From: Verrucomicrobiota bacterium
Lineage (GTDB): Bacteria; Verrucomicrobiota; Verrucomicrobiia; JAWXBN01; JAWXCD01
Reading direction: 5' to 3'
NCBI GenBank assembly: GCA_034440535.1
Contig: JAWXCD010000003.1
Span: forward strand, 2,717-66,716
DNA: 64,000 nucleotides
Within the stretch, counting starts at the first letter, position 1. Each line of letters starts with the position of its first letter. Of this stretch, positions 9,361 through 20,703 are shown piece after piece. The notes below the pieces were generated by a model. The model was not told the DNA's origin. It saw only the letters and a list, made by a program, of their open reading frames with translations, and did no database searches. The translations under genes were made by a program, and so were the position numbers.

Positions 9361-10245
9361 ATGATCGCTCCAAAAAAGTCTAATACAATGGCCGTTATAA
9401 TATGGTACGAGCCTAGTGACTGTGTATATGAGAACATTGATAGAATCCTAATGGAGTTTGAACGAATTGCAGTCATTTCAAATGGACCATGCGATGCAGA
9501 TAAGATCAAATTCGCTAAGGTGAATAATATAGATTTTATTCAAAATGAAATAAATCTAGGAATTGCTGCCGCTTTAAATCAAGGGCTAAAATTAGCATTC
9601 GCTTCTAGTATTGAATGGGTTGTTTTTTTTGATCAGGACTCACAGCCGACAACTACTAATTTCATAGATAATCTTTCGACTGTATTGATGGAACATGCGA
9701 CACCTGAAAAAATTGCCGTAATCGGGGTGAATTATCATGATGCTTATAATAAATCAGTATTTGATCACCCTGAAAAGTGGCGGAATGTAAAAACGGTAAT
9801 CACATCAGGCAGTTTGGTAAATGTTGCACTGTCAAATAAGTTGGGTCAATTTAGAGAGGATTATTTTATTGATCATGTTGATCATGAATTTTGTTTGCGA
9901 GCACGCAAAATGAATTTATATGTGCTTTTAGCAAATTTCGTACGGATAAAGCATATGATTGGCAACCCGTTGATCGTGAATATTTTTTCCTGGAAGATTA
10001 CAAATAGCAGACATTCAGCAGTCAGAAGATATTATAGTTATAGGAATTTAATTTTATTAACTCGGGATTATCTCATGTTTGATCCTAATTTTTGCAAGAG
10101 GGAACTTTATATAAACTTTAAGATTATTTTTAAAATTCTACTATTTGAAAATGATAAATTTCTTAAAATTAAATACGTTTGTAAAGGACTTTACGATGGC
10201 CTGATGGGTGTATCTGGGCCAATAAAGTTTAAATCCAAACAGTAA
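9361..10245 (+). CDS. family-2 glycosyltransferase (rhamnosyltransferase/WbbL-like)
   Basis: AVIIWYEPSD...FFDQDS (DxD-like) ...DHVDHEFCLRARK. The segment is markedly AT-rich. An alternative ATG lies at 9388. Confidence 0.7.
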   Translation: MIAPKKSNTMAVIIWYEPSDCVYENIDRILMEFERIAVISNGPCDADKIKFAKVNNIDFIQNEINLGIAAALNQGLKLAFASSIEWVVFFDQDSQPTTTNFIDNLSTVLMEHATPEKIAVIGVNYHDAYNKSVFDHPEKWRNVKTVITSGSLVNVALSNKLGQFREDYFIDHVDHEFCLRARKMNLYVLLANFVRIKHMIGNPLIVNIFSWKITNSRHSAVRRYYSYRNLILLTRDYLMFDPNFCKRELYINFKIIFKILLFENDKFLKIKYVCKGLYDGLMGVSGPIKFKSKQ

Positions 10246-10266
10246 GAAATCCTTTTCATCCTATTT

Positions 10267-11172
10267 ATGCTCATTGCTGCCGTCATATTAAACTATCGAT
10301 GTCCAGCTGAAACTATTCAGTGCCTAAAATCAATTAGGGCTGTAAGAGGTGTTTTGATAAACGTTTGGGTTGTTGACAACGCGTCGCTTGATGACTCAGA
10401 AGATGTTGTTTTATCACAACTGAACCCCCTGGAAACATGGATTCAAACGGGGAGCAATCTTGGGTATGCCGGGGGCAATAACGCCGGGTTTAGGGAAGCT
10501 TTGAAAGCGGGGGCCTCACATATTTTAGTGATTAATCCTGATTGTGAAGTGGAATCAGGTTTTCTCGGCCCTTTACTAGAAGTCATGGAAAGGAATCCTG
10601 ACGCGGGCGTGGTATGTCCGATGATATTGGATCGAGAAACTGGGAAGGTTCAGGCATTTGGCGGAACCGGGAGCTTAAGTTCCGGACGATTTCATAGAGC
10701 CCATCATGATTCTTCCCCAGAGACTTTTGAGCATGGGACGATCTCGGAAACATATTTTCCACCGGGAGCTTGTTTTTTAGTCCGCCGAGAAGTCCTTGAG
10801 GAGTTAGGGGGATTTGATGAAAACTTCTTTCTTTATAATGAGGATGTGGACTTCGGCATAAGAACACGCAAGGCAGGTTGGAAAATTTTCGCAGTCTCTC
10901 ACTCCCGGGTCCGCCATAGAGATTCCACCTCGGATGGTCGCAAAAGCCCGGTCGTGAATTATTATGCTACTCGCAATACTCAATGGGTGGTGAAGCGACA
11001 TTGCAGTTGGCTCGATATAACCTTAAGTTATTTCATGGCTGTGGTTTATTTCTGGCCGCTTAAAATTTTGGCCCGCTTAATTTTGGGCTACCACCGTGGG
11101 GCATGGGCCGCTTTCAAGGGCGCCATTGACTCCTTTAAGCCCGTGCCGAATCAGCGCACTTCCCTTAAATAA
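10267..11172 (+). CDS. family-2 glycosyltransferase
   Basis: AAVILNYRCPAETIQCL...VVDNASLDDS...YAGGNNAGF...EDVDFG motifs typical of GT2. Confidence 0.75.
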   Translation: MLIAAVILNYRCPAETIQCLKSIRAVRGVLINVWVVDNASLDDSEDVVLSQLNPLETWIQTGSNLGYAGGNNAGFREALKAGASHILVINPDCEVESGFLGPLLEVMERNPDAGVVCPMILDRETGKVQAFGGTGSLSSGRFHRAHHDSSPETFEHGTISETYFPPGACFLVRREVLEELGGFDENFFLYNEDVDFGIRTRKAGWKIFAVSHSRVRHRDSTSDGRKSPVVNYYATRNTQWVVKRHCSWLDITLSYFMAVVYFWPLKILARLILGYHRGAWAAFKGAIDSFKPVPNQRTSLK

Positions 11173-11401
11173 ATTATTTTTCTTCAACGTGGCTCTCCTC
11201 ACGATCTGACCCTTTCAGGGGCTTTCTTGCCCGTTGATCTATACGACCCCATCTCGGGCAGATTGTGTCCTTAAAAAAATCGCATAAACCATTTGCATCA
11301 GTGGTTCGCCTGCGTTAAAAACTTCCGCCTTTTGTGCGGTACAATTTTTAAGGTGTCCCGCCCTAGTAAAGGCAAGTAACCAAAGTGTAAGAGGTAATAA
11401 A

Positions 11402-14400
11402 ATGCAATCCCAAGGATTATACGACTCGCGGTACGAACATGATTCCTGTGGCGTAGGCTTCATTGTCCACGTCAAAGGAAAAAAGTCCCATGATATCGTT
11501 CAACAGGGGTTACAGGCCCTTTTGAATCTTGAGCACCGGGGAGCTTGTGGATGCGAAATTAATACGGGCGATGGAGCCGGTATTCTGATCCAGATGCCCC
11601 ACGACTTCATGGTCAAGGCTGCTGGTGAAGTGAAATTGTCCCTTCCCGACTTCGGTCACTACGGCACGGGAATCTTTTTTATGCCTCCCAAAGAAGAGGA
11701 CCGTAAGGCGGCTGAAGCCAAATTTGAGCAAATCGTCAAAGAAGAAGGACAAGCCTTCTTAGGTTGGCGTTCTGTCCCGACAAACAATCAATCACTGGGA
11801 CCAACAGCCATTGCCGCACAACCAGAGGTTCGGCAACCCTTTATTATCCGGTCGAGTGCCATCCTAGATGAGACAGCATGGGAACGGAAACTCTACGTCA
11901 TTCGTAAACGCGCTGAAAACGAAATTAAACGGTCGGGCAAATTTGTTGGCTCTGAATTTTTTTATCCGGTCAGTCTTTCTTATAAGACGATCATTTATAA
12001 AGGGATGCTTATGACCGAACAGGTCGCCAAGTTTTATCCTGACTTAAACGACCCGGCGGCGACGAGTGCTTTGGCCCTTGTCCACTCCCGGTTCAGCACC
12101 AACACGTTCCCGAACTGGAACAGGTCCCATCCTTACAGGTACATTGCACACAATGGTGAAATCAATACCCTAAGAGGCAACGTCAACTGGATGCATGCCC
12201 GGGAATCACTTTTGTGCTCGCCAGTCTGGGGCGAAGACCTCAAGAAAATCGTACCGATTATCGACGAAGATGGATCTGACTCGGCGATGTTTGATAATTG
12301 TTTTGAGTTCCTTGTGCTCTCAGGTCGTTCCCTGCCGCATACCATGATGATGATGGTGCCCGAGCCTTGGGAAGGCCATGAAAGTATGAGCGCAGAAAAG
12401 AAAGCGTTCTACGAATATCATGCATGTATGATGGAACCTTGGGACGGCCCCGCATCGATGGCTTTTACAGACGGATTTCAGATGGGCGCCACGTTGGATA
12501 GAAATGGTCTGAGGCCCTCTCGGTATTACGTAACCAAAGACGACCTTGTCATCATGGCTTCTGAAGTCGGGGTGCTGGATGTAGCGCCTGAAAACATAAA
12601 AGAAAAAGGGCGTTTAACCCCAGGCAAAATGTTTCTTGTTGATACACGTGAAGGCCGGATTATCTCTGATGAGGAGATAAAAAGCCGAATCGCAACCGAA
12701 CAACCGTACCGGCAGTGGTTAAATGAAAACATCATCGAACTTGATGCGCTTCCGGAACCTCCGCATGTGCACGAACCTGACCATAAGTCCGTTATGCAAC
12801 GTCAAAAGGCTTTTGGGTACTCCTTTGAAGACCTACGTATTATAGTGGGTCCGACGGCTCGTGATGGCGTCCAACCTTTGGGGTCTATGGGGACAGATAC
12901 CCCTTTGGCAGTTTTATCCAACAAACCGCAACTTTTGTTTAGCTATTTTAAACAGCTTTTTGCCCAAGTCACAAACCCACCTATTGATTGTATTCGTGAA
13001 GAAATTATTACTTCGACGGAAATCACGGTTGGTTCGGAAGGCAACCTACTCAGCCCTGGCCCCGAAAACTGTCGGCAGATCAAGTTGCATTACCCGGTTT
13101 TGAGCAATGAGCAGTTTGAAAAACTGAGGCACATCGATCGCAATGGTTTTAAAGCGGTGACCTTGCCTATCTTGTTCGATCCTCGCAAAGCCGGCGCGGG
13201 TTTACATGCCGCGATGGACGAACTGTTTGCCAAAGCTTCCGCCGAAATTGCTGCAGGGGTAAACATTATCGTCCTTTCTGACCGTGGCGTGAGTGGGGAA
13301 CTCGCTCCCATTCCATCATTGTTGGCTGTGTCCGGACTGCATCATCATTTGATCCGTGAAGGGACACGGACTCGGATTGGTATCGTCCTCGAATCAGGCG
13401 AACCTCGGGAAGTTCATCATTTCAGCCTGCTGATTGGTTACGGCGCCACGGCGATTAATCCTTATTTGGCTTTTGAGACAATCGCCGATTGCATTCACCA
13501 AGGGTTACTGAAGGACATCGATCACAAAACAGGCGTGAAGAACTTTATCAAGGGCATCGTTAAAGGCGTGGTTAAAACCATGTCAAAAATGGGGATCTCC
13601 ACGATTCAAAGTTACCATGGCGCACAGATTTTTGAGGCTATTGGAATTAATAAAGCCGTCATTGATCGATATTTTACTTGGACGGCTACACGGATTGAAG
13701 GAATTGATATGAATATCATCGCGAAGGAAGTTCTCCTTCGTCATGAAGAGGCGTACCCAGTTCGGTCTATTGAATCCAACGATACTCTTGAAGCAGGTGG
13801 CCAATATCAATACAGGAAAGACGGTGAATATCATTTGTTTAACCCTGAAACGGTGCACCGCCTTCAAACGGCTTGTCGGACGAATAGCGCAAAAGTGTTC
13901 GGTGAATATTCAAAATTGGTCGATAAACAGGACAAAAACCTCGCAACGCTCCGCGGTCTCCTTGACTTTAATTTTGCTGCCAACCCGATTTCCATAGATG
14001 AGGTTGAGTCAGTTGAAACTATTGTTAAGCGGTTCAAAACAGGTGCCATGTCTTACGGGTCAATCAGCTCAGAAGCCCACGAAGCGTTAGCTATTGCGAT
14101 GAATCGGATTGGTGGAAAAAGCAACACAGGCGAAGGGGGCGAAGATCCTGATCGTTATGCGTGGTCTGAAAATGGTGATTCCAAGAATAGCGCCATTAAA
14201 CAGGTGGCTTCTGGTCGGTTTGGTGTCACAAGCCTTTACCTGACAAAAGCACGGGAAATCCAGATCAAGATGGCGCAAGGCGCAAAACCCGGCGAAGGCG
14301 GCGAACTCCCGGGCACAAAAGTGTATCCGTGGATAGCCAAAACGCGGCACGCAACGCCTGGAGTTGGGCTCATCTCCCCTCCTCCGCATCACGATATTTA

Positions 14401-15988
14401 TTCGATCGAAGATTTAGCTGAACTTATTCATGACCTTAAAAACGCAAACCGCGCAGCAAGAATTAGTGTTAAATTGGTTTCTGAAGTAGGCGTCGGAACA
14501 ATTGCAGCGGGTGTAGCAAAAGCGCATGCTGACGTCATCCTGATCAGTGGTCACGATGGTGGCACGGGCGCCTCACCGTTGTCTTCGATTAAGCATGCGG
14601 GAATTCCATGGGAACTGGGTCTTGCGGAGACGCACCAAACTCTCGTTTTGAACAACCTCCGGAGTCGGGTGGTTGTTGAAACAGACGGCCAGCTTAAAAC
14701 CGGAAAAGATGTGGTTGTTGCCGCTTTGTTGGGCGCAGAAGAATTTGGCTTTGCCACAGCACCCTTAGTAGTGCTCGGATGCATCGTCATGCGTGTTTGT
14801 CACTTGAACACCTGCCCTGTCGGTGTAGCGACTCAAGATCCAAAACTTCGGGCCAAATTCATGGGAAGTCCTGATCATGTGGTCAATTTCATGCGTTTTA
14901 TCGCCCAAGAAGTGCGTGAACTCATGGCTCAACTCGGCATTCGCACGGTCAACGAACTTATTGGGCGCACGGATTTACTGAAGGTAAACAATGCAGTCGA
15001 CCACTGGAAAGCTAAGGGTCTGGATTTGAGTAAGATTCTGTATCAGCCTAAGTCAGGACCAGAAGTTGGTCGGTATGCCCAAGTCGAGCAGAATCATGGG
15101 CTGGATAAATCCCTTGATCTCACGGTGCTCCTAGAGAAGTCTAAACCTGCTTTAGAACGCGGTGAAAAGGTCATCATCGAAAGCCCAGTCAGAAATGTGA
15201 ATCGCGTGGTGGGCACGATTCTCGGCAATGAAGTCACTAAAAAATACGGGGCCGCAGGTTTACCAGAAGATACCATCCAACTGAAATTAAAAGGTTCAGC
15301 TGGGCAATCACTGGGCGCGTTCATTCCCAAGGGACTTTCAATTCAACTCGAAGGAGACGCCAACGATTACGTGGGTAAAGGCCTGTCGGGCGGTAAGATT
15401 GTGATCTTTCCTCCTAAAGGTTCATCGTTTGCCCCAGAAGACAATATTATCATTGGTAACGTCGCGTTTTACGGTGCGACAGCGGGCGAAGCCTATATTG
15501 GCGGAATGGCCGGGGAACGGTTTGGCGTGCGTAACAGTGGCGTAAGAACGGTTGTCGAATCTGTGGGTGACCACGGTTGCGAGTACATGACCGGCGGCCG
15601 CGTTGTGGTTTTGGGTAATACAGGACGCAACTTCGCTGCGGGTATGTCCGGGGGCATTGCCTACATCCTCGACATTGACGGGAATTTTAAAATCAAGTGT
15701 AACACCCAAATGGTCGGACTCGAAAAATTGGTGTCTCAATCAGAAATCTTGGAAGTCCGGGGCATGATTGAAAAGCACGTTCATTACACCGGCAGTGAGC
15801 GGGGTAAAAACATCCTCAAGTTATGGGATGACATGGTTCCCAAATTTGTAAAAGTCATGCCGAAAGATTATAAGCGTATGCTGGAAGCCATTGAGCGCGT
15901 TGAAAAACAAGGGCTTACGGCGGACGATGCCATCATGGCCGCGTTTGAAAGTAACGCCCATGACTTGGCTCGTGCTGGCGGAAACTAA
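11402..15988 (+). CDS. gltB: glutamate synthase (NADPH) large subunit
   Basis: 1528 aa. The N-terminal Ntn-amidotransferase Cys context ([16 protein letters not shown]), the FMN/3Fe-4S central domain and the C-terminal GXGXG-rich domain are all recognisable. ATG at 11402. Confidence 0.95.
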   Translation: MQSQGLYDSRYEHDSCGVGFIVHVKGKKSHDIVQQGLQALLNLEHRGACGCEINTGDGAGILIQMPHDFMVKAAGEVKLSLPDFGHYGTGIFFMPPKEEDRKAAEAKFEQIVKEEGQAFLGWRSVPTNNQSLGPTAIAAQPEVRQPFIIRSSAILDETAWERKLYVIRKRAENEIKRSGKFVGSEFFYPVSLSYKTIIYKGMLMTEQVAKFYPDLNDPAATSALALVHSRFSTNTFPNWNRSHPYRYIAHNGEINTLRGNVNWMHARESLLCSPVWGEDLKKIVPIIDEDGSDSAMFDNCFEFLVLSGRSLPHTMMMMVPEPWEGHESMSAEKKAFYEYHACMMEPWDGPASMAFTDGFQMGATLDRNGLRPSRYYVTKDDLVIMASEVGVLDVAPENIKEKGRLTPGKMFLVDTREGRIISDEEIKSRIATEQPYRQWLNENIIELDALPEPPHVHEPDHKSVMQRQKAFGYSFEDLRIIVGPTARDGVQPLGSMGTDTPLAVLSNKPQLLFSYFKQLFAQVTNPPIDCIREEIITSTEITVGSEGNLLSPGPENCRQIKLHYPVLSNEQFEKLRHIDRNGFKAVTLPILFDPRKAGAGLHAAMDELFAKASAEIAAGVNIIVLSDRGVSGELAPIPSLLAVSGLHHHLIREGTRTRIGIVLESGEPREVHHFSLLIGYGATAINPYLAFETIADCIHQGLLKDIDHKTGVKNFIKGIVKGVVKTMSKMGISTIQSYHGAQIFEAIGINKAVIDRYFTWTATRIEGIDMNIIAKEVLLRHEEAYPVRSIESNDTLEAGGQYQYRKDGEYHLFNPETVHRLQTACRTNSAKVFGEYSKLVDKQDKNLATLRGLLDFNFAANPISIDEVESVETIVKRFKTGAMSYGSISSEAHEALAIAMNRIGGKSNTGEGGEDPDRYAWSENGDSKNSAIKQVASGRFGVTSLYLTKAREIQIKMAQGAKPGEGGELPGTKVYPWIAKTRHATPGVGLISPPPHHDIYSIEDLAELIHDLKNANRAARISVKLVSEVGVGTIAAGVAKAHADVILISGHDGGTGASPLSSIKHAGIPWELGLAETHQTLVLNNLRSRVVVETDGQLKTGKDVVVAALLGAEEFGFATAPLVVLGCIVMRVCHLNTCPVGVATQDPKLRAKFMGSPDHVVNFMRFIAQEVRELMAQLGIRTVNELIGRTDLLKVNNAVDHWKAKGLDLSKILYQPKSGPEVGRYAQVEQNHGLDKSLDLTVLLEKSKPALERGEKVIIESPVRNVNRVVGTILGNEVTKKYGAAGLPEDTIQLKLKGSAGQSLGAFIPKGLSIQLEGDANDYVGKGLSGGKIVIFPPKGSSFAPEDNIIIGNVAFYGATAGEAYIGGMAGERFGVRNSGVRTVVESVGDHGCEYMTGGRVVVLGNTGRNFAAGMSGGIAYILDIDGNFKIKCNTQMVGLEKLVSQSEILEVRGMIEKHVHYTGSERGKNILKLWDDMVPKFVKVMPKDYKRMLEAIERVEKQGLTADDAIMAAFESNAHDLARAGGN

Positions 15989-16170
15989 TATTAAAGTCCG
16001 GAAAGTTCGTAGAATCCCTACGAATCTTCCATGGACTTAAATGAAATTAATTTAAGGGCTTGTGGATATTGCGCTTGACGAATTTTGTCGGGGCTTTTGT
16101 ATCTATCGCGGTGCTCGGAATGGGATTAACCTGGTGCGAACATCACCCCACTCAAGTAGTTAAGGAAAAA

Positions 16171-17658
16171 ATGGGTAAACCAACTGGTTTTTTAGAAATA
16201 AATCGTGAACTTCCTGCGGATGCAAATCCAAAGGATCGCATTCACCATTGGGAAGAATTCCACGAACACCTTGGGGAGGACAAACTCCGTCAGCAAGGCG
16301 CGCGGTGTATGGATTGCGGCATACCCTTTTGTCACACAGGCACCTTGATTGGCGGCATGGCTTCTGGTTGTCCAGTAAACAATTTGATTCCCGAATGGAA
16401 CGATCTTGTTTATCGCGGTCTTTGGAAAGAAGCGCTTGAGCGACTCCACCGCACAAACAACTTCCCTGAATTTACCGGCCGTGTGTGCCCAGCCCCATGC
16501 GAGGGTTCCTGCGTTCTTGGAATGAACGAACCCGCGGTAACTATCAAGAATATCGAATGTTCGATTATTGACCGGGGTTGGGACGAAGGCTGGGTAAAGG
16601 TTATGGTCCCCATAAATCGCACCGGCAAAAAAGTGGCCGTTGTAGGTTCAGGCCCAGCAGGACTTTCTGCAGCAGATCAACTCAATAAAGCCGGGCACCT
16701 TGTCACTGTATTCGAACGCGCTGACCGCATCGGAGGTCTTCTCATGTACGGGATTCCGAACATGAAACTCGACAAAAAAGAAGTCGTTCAACGGCGCGTG
16801 GATCATATGGCCGCTGAGGGAGTTAACTTTGTCACTAAAACAGAAATCGGAAAAGATATCCCCGCAGAGAAACTTGTTAAGGATTTCGATGCTGTTGTTC
16901 TCTGCGGCGGTGCGACAAAACCTCGCGACTTACCAATTGAAGGCCGAAATTCAAAGGGCGTTCATTTTGCCATGGAATTCCTTCACGCTAACACCAAGGC
17001 TTTGCTTGATGATAACCATGTAAGTGGAAATTATATTTCTGCTAAGGATAAAAACGTCATCGTTATTGGCGGTGGAGATACCGGCACTGACTGCGTGGGA
17101 ACATCCATGCGACACGGCTGCAAATCCGTTATTCAATTAGAAATTATGGCCCGCCCACCCGAGGCGCGTGCTACCGATAATCCATGGCCTCAATGGCCAA
17201 AGGTGTACAAACTTGATTACGGTCAAGAAGAAGCCGCAGCTGTTTTCGGATCAGACCCACGGGCCTATTTGGTGACTGCGAAGAAATTTGAAGTTGATGA
17301 AAATAACCAAGTTAAAGCCGTGCACATTGTCGGGGTCGAATGGGCCAAAGACGATAAAGGCCGTTTTTATCCAAAGGAAATCCAAGGCACAGAAAAGGTT
17401 TTACCTGCTCAGTTAGTGCTTTTGGCCATGGGATTTCTTGGGCCCGAAGATACGGTCCTCGCACAACTCAAAGTGGATCGTGACGAGCGCTCTAATGCGA
17501 AGGCTGAATTCGAAAAATATACCACAAATATTACCGGTGTTTTCGCTGCTGGTGACATGCGCCGTGGTCAATCCCTTGTCGTCTGGGCTATTAACGAAGG
17601 TCGTGGAGCAGCCCGTGAGTGCGATAGATATTTGATGGGTAAAACCCAGCTTCCTTAA
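16171..17658 (+). CDS. gltD: glutamate synthase (NADPH) small subunit
   Basis: The [11 protein letters not shown]-terminus is typical of GltD. It has Cys clusters ([18 protein letters not shown]) and an FAD/NAD(P) GxGxxG ([10 protein letters not shown]). I took ATG 16171, which follows a purine-rich SD (aaggaaaaa), over the extended track start 16060. Confidence 0.9.
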   Translation: MGKPTGFLEINRELPADANPKDRIHHWEEFHEHLGEDKLRQQGARCMDCGIPFCHTGTLIGGMASGCPVNNLIPEWNDLVYRGLWKEALERLHRTNNFPEFTGRVCPAPCEGSCVLGMNEPAVTIKNIECSIIDRGWDEGWVKVMVPINRTGKKVAVVGSGPAGLSAADQLNKAGHLVTVFERADRIGGLLMYGIPNMKLDKKEVVQRRVDHMAAEGVNFVTKTEIGKDIPAEKLVKDFDAVVLCGGATKPRDLPIEGRNSKGVHFAMEFLHANTKALLDDNHVSGNYISAKDKNVIVIGGGDTGTDCVGTSMRHGCKSVIQLEIMARPPEARATDNPWPQWPKVYKLDYGQEEAAAVFGSDPRAYLVTAKKFEVDENNQVKAVHIVGVEWAKDDKGRFYPKEIQGTEKVLPAQLVLLAMGFLGPEDTVLAQLKVDRDERSNAKAEFEKYTTNITGVFAAGDMRRGQSLVVWAINEGRGAARECDRYLMGKTQLP

Positions 17659-17779
17659 TCTGCTTAAAATTGATACGCCTCGATGTCGGGTCCCTGACCC
17701 CTTCGATGTCGTAAAATTATCTCGCTACCCAGTCGGGCGGAGATCCCCATCTTTGACCCTTTATCGGTCCGCAATTATA

Positions 17780-18445
17780 TCAGAATCCAATGACGATTCG
17801 GCTGCCTGACGGGGTTTCGCAATGTGGATGTATGGGTCTGGTAAATCCACTCCCCTGATCGAAGTCAGGTTGGATCATATGGTAAATCGGTTGGTACTGA
17901 ATAAGACTGATGTACGATTGCTGAGCTTCCATCTCATAAGCGCGCTGGCGATTTTCACGATCAACGCCCGCGTCCTCTTCGATTCGGGCCATTTTCTCTT
18001 TTAATTCCTTGTTGGCCTCTTTTATCGCGACTCTAGTATCCACATCTGGATAATGCTTAGAAAACAAGCGAAGCCGTTCCAACTTTAAATCTGGGTCGGC
18101 TAGGACATAAGAACGCGATGCCACAAGCAACTCCAATTCCCGTTGGCCCGCTTCTCTTTGTTGTTGGGCGTAAACTTTGCCGGAAACCGCTGCTTTAGCG
18201 GCAATCTCGCTGTAACGCTTATTTTGGGGCAGAAGCTCCACCGCTTTGACTACACCATTCACCACGGTAACTTCACCACGGTCAAAAACGTAAACTGTTT
18301 CAGTGTCAGACTTTATGATCCCACCGGGCTCTCCTAAAACCTCAATGACATGATCAAGCGTATCGCCTTCTTTGACCTGACCCTGGGCAAAGTTTAGGGC
18401 GGTAAAAGCTAAAAGGTAAACGATGATGGTAAAATAGCGGTGCAC
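17780..18445 (-). CDS. hypothetical secreted/periplasmic protein with a charged, coiled-coil-like C-terminal half
   Basis: The ORF is open from 18493 (GTG). An in-frame GTG at 18445 gives MHRYFTIIVYLLAFTALNFAQG, a clean signal peptide, and removes the overlap with the divergent glyoxalase gene. I recognise no domain. Confidence 0.45.
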   Translation of the reverse strand: MHRYFTIIVYLLAFTALNFAQGQVKEGDTLDHVIEVLGEPGGIIKSDTETVYVFDRGEVTVVNGVVKAVELLPQNKRYSEIAAKAAVSGKVYAQQQREAGQRELELLVASRSYVLADPDLKLERLRLFSKHYPDVDTRVAIKEANKELKEKMARIEEDAGVDRENRQRAYEMEAQQSYISLIQYQPIYHMIQPDFDQGSGFTRPIHPHCETPSGSRIVIGF

Positions 18446-18500
18446 GATGGATTTATCCTTGTGTCTGACGGTTGAAACCTGCTCTATATTCACAAAAATT

Positions 18501-18884
18501 ATGGCCGTTATTAAATTGCTCCATACTCGCTACCGTGTCAACGACTTGGAAAAAACCGTGACTTTTTACAAGGAAATCCTTGGCCTCCAAGAAGTTACGC
18601 GCCACAAGTCCCCGCGCGGCTCAGAACTTGTCTTCCTGAAAACCCCGGGGAGCGAAGAGCTTATTGAACTTTGTTCATTTCCTGCCAGTGGCCCAGTCCA
18701 AGTTCAAGCAGACCTCACGCACCTCGCATTCCAAGTTGAAGATATGAATACTTTCGTCGAAACATTAAAAGCTAAGGGTGTTCCCCTCTCAGATGGACCT
18801 ACAGAAACTTCCTCTGGGAATATCATTGCTTTTATTGATGCCCCCGAAGGTTACGAAATTGAGATCATCCAGAAGCGCTCATGA
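18501..18884 (+). CDS. VOC (glyoxalase I/bleomycin-resistance fold) family protein
   Basis: MAVIKLLHTRYRVNDLEKTVTFYKEILGL is a typical glyoxalase-fold N-terminus. I took ATG 18501 over the track start 18447. Confidence 0.7.
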   Translation: MAVIKLLHTRYRVNDLEKTVTFYKEILGLQEVTRHKSPRGSELVFLKTPGSEELIELCSFPASGPVQVQADLTHLAFQVEDMNTFVETLKAKGVPLSDGPTETSSGNIIAFIDAPEGYEIEIIQKRS

Positions 18885-20227
18885 GATTCATTAACCTCAC
18901 CGGCCGGAATGAAATCGGGGCGAACTGCTACTTCCTCGAGATTGAAGACCGTGGTTTTATTCTGGATGCAGGACTTCATCCGAAACTTGCAGGGTTCACA
19001 GCACTGCCCGAATTGGAATGGATCCGTGATGAAATTATTCACGGTATTTTACTGACTCATTGTCATCTCGATCATATTGGATCTCTCCCAGTGGTCATGC
19101 GCGAACATCCCGCTGTCCCTGTGTACATGACACAAGCTTGCTATCAACTTTCCCCCATCGTACTCCATAATTCATGCAACGTCATGATCAAGGAACGTGA
19201 CGAAAAACATATTCGCGAATATCCGCTCTTTGGGCACCGAGAGGTCGATGAACTTCTGGAACGATGGTTTACCCTTCGATATAAGGACCCTGAGAAAATT
19301 GCCGGGGGTTCAATCGAATGTACACTTTTTGATGCGGGCCACGTACTCGGCTCTGCCGGGGTACAGTTAAAAGGAAAAACCGAATCCTTTTTCTACACGG
19401 GTGATATTAATTTTACCCCACAAACAATCACCTTGCCCGCCGATTTTCCAGAGGAGTCACCCGATGTCCTCGTCATCGAAACCACCCGTGGAGCTCAAGC
19501 CGCTACAGAGGGTAAAACCCGACAAACTGAAATCGAGCGACTCGGACGAAGGCTCAAAGAAGTCTTCGATCGAGGTGGCTCAGTCCTGATTCCTTGTTTC
19601 GCCCTCGGCAAACAACAGGAAGTTTTAGCTATTCTTCATCAAATAATGACCCAAGGTTTGATTGAACGCAAAACCGTGTTCTTTGGGGGCCTCGGAAAAC
19701 AGTTCAGCCAACTTTACGATAAACTGGCCCCGCACACTCGGCGACTTTTGCCTGACCTCCAATTCTTCGATGACATGGACCTCGCTGTTTTTGCAAGGGG
19801 GGAAAGTGATTCCATCAAACTTGGCGGTGGAAAAATCTTTGCTGTTTCCGCAGGAATGATGACCGCTCCCACCCATTCGTTTGTTATTGGACAACGCATG
19901 TTGCAGACGGAGAATAACGCCATATTTTTCGTAGGTTACCTCGATCCGGAATCACCCGCAGGGCTCATCAAAGCGGCAGGCCGTGGTGGAAAAGTTAAAT
20001 TGGGTCGCGACATCCCCGAACAAACCGTTCGCTGTGATATGGATAGCTTCGACCTAACCACGCACGCCAATCGCGAAGATATTCTCAACTACATCTTAAA
20101 GGTTAAGCCGAAAACGACCATCCTTGTCCATGGAGACCCCACCGCTTCCGAATGGTTTGGGGACCAGCTCGACAAACAAAACATGAAATGGATCATCCCT
20201 ACTCCGGGGAAAGAATACCATTTGTAA
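18881..20227 (+). CDS. metallo-beta-lactamase-fold RNA-metabolising hydrolase with beta-CASP domain (RNase J / CPSF73-like)
   Basis: HxHxDH motif (THCHLDH). Downstream Asp/His segments (FDAGHVLGS, TTHANRED, LVHGDP) are characteristic of beta-CASP nucleases. ATGA overlap with the upstream gene. Confidence 0.8.
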   Translation: MRFINLTGRNEIGANCYFLEIEDRGFILDAGLHPKLAGFTALPELEWIRDEIIHGILLTHCHLDHIGSLPVVMREHPAVPVYMTQACYQLSPIVLHNSCNVMIKERDEKHIREYPLFGHREVDELLERWFTLRYKDPEKIAGGSIECTLFDAGHVLGSAGVQLKGKTESFFYTGDINFTPQTITLPADFPEESPDVLVIETTRGAQAATEGKTRQTEIERLGRRLKEVFDRGGSVLIPCFALGKQQEVLAILHQIMTQGLIERKTVFFGGLGKQFSQLYDKLAPHTRRLLPDLQFFDDMDLAVFARGESDSIKLGGGKIFAVSAGMMTAPTHSFVIGQRMLQTENNAIFFVGYLDPESPAGLIKAAGRGGKVKLGRDIPEQTVRCDMDSFDLTTHANREDILNYILKVKPKTTILVHGDPTASEWFGDQLDKQNMKWIIPTPGKEYHL

Positions 20228-20703
20228 TACTAATAAGATCCTCGAAGGCTAGTGTAGTCCATCAAACAGAACGTAACTTATCAAATTTCGCCCAGGCCGC
20301 GTTTTTTTGGTGATGGTCAATTGAAGGTGTAATCTTATGGGTGCACAACCCCTTTGGGATTGTGTGTTTGCTGACTTTTACCCCAGTGGCATCTCGTACC
20401 CGATCGACCCTAGACTGTGTGACGAAATCCCTTTTGGGATTCGCTCTCACGTCCTTTCTTCCTTAGTGGGATCAGTGTCTTTAAACGCATAGTTTGTACG
20501 TCCCTTCGGATACGAAGACACGAAAGGGGAAGCAGGACAAAAAAGGATTTCTTCGTGCCTTCGTGTGAGTCTAATTCTTTCCCTCATTTCCCTTGTAGGT
20601 GCGGGGACACCGGCCGAGTATGCGCCAGCATACGATCGCCTGAGAATAAAAGGCTGAAGGAAAAGCCTAACACAGGAATGAAACCCGTGCTTTTTCACGT
20701 GGA

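Noticed and set aside
11173-11401. Possible sigma-54 (-24/-12) promoter or riboswitch upstream of gltB
   Set aside because: I checked the ttgca near 11305. No GG lies at the required 10-nt spacing upstream of the GC, and no conserved riboswitch core is recognisable.
16060-16170. Extended N-termini proposed by the ORF track for gltD (16060), the epimerase (2432), propeller paralog 2 (5437), actD (53785), actB (58522), the IclR (61172) and the glyoxalase (18447)
   Set aside because: In each case an internal ATG abuts or overlaps the upstream stop (ATGA-type coupling) and reproduces the family-typical N-terminus. The track also renders GTG/TTG as M, so its first start is not necessarily real.
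17659-17779. Intrinsic terminator after gltD (gggtccctgaccc hairpin)
   Set aside because: The stem is only 5 bp with a 3-nt loop and no U-tract. That is too weak to call.
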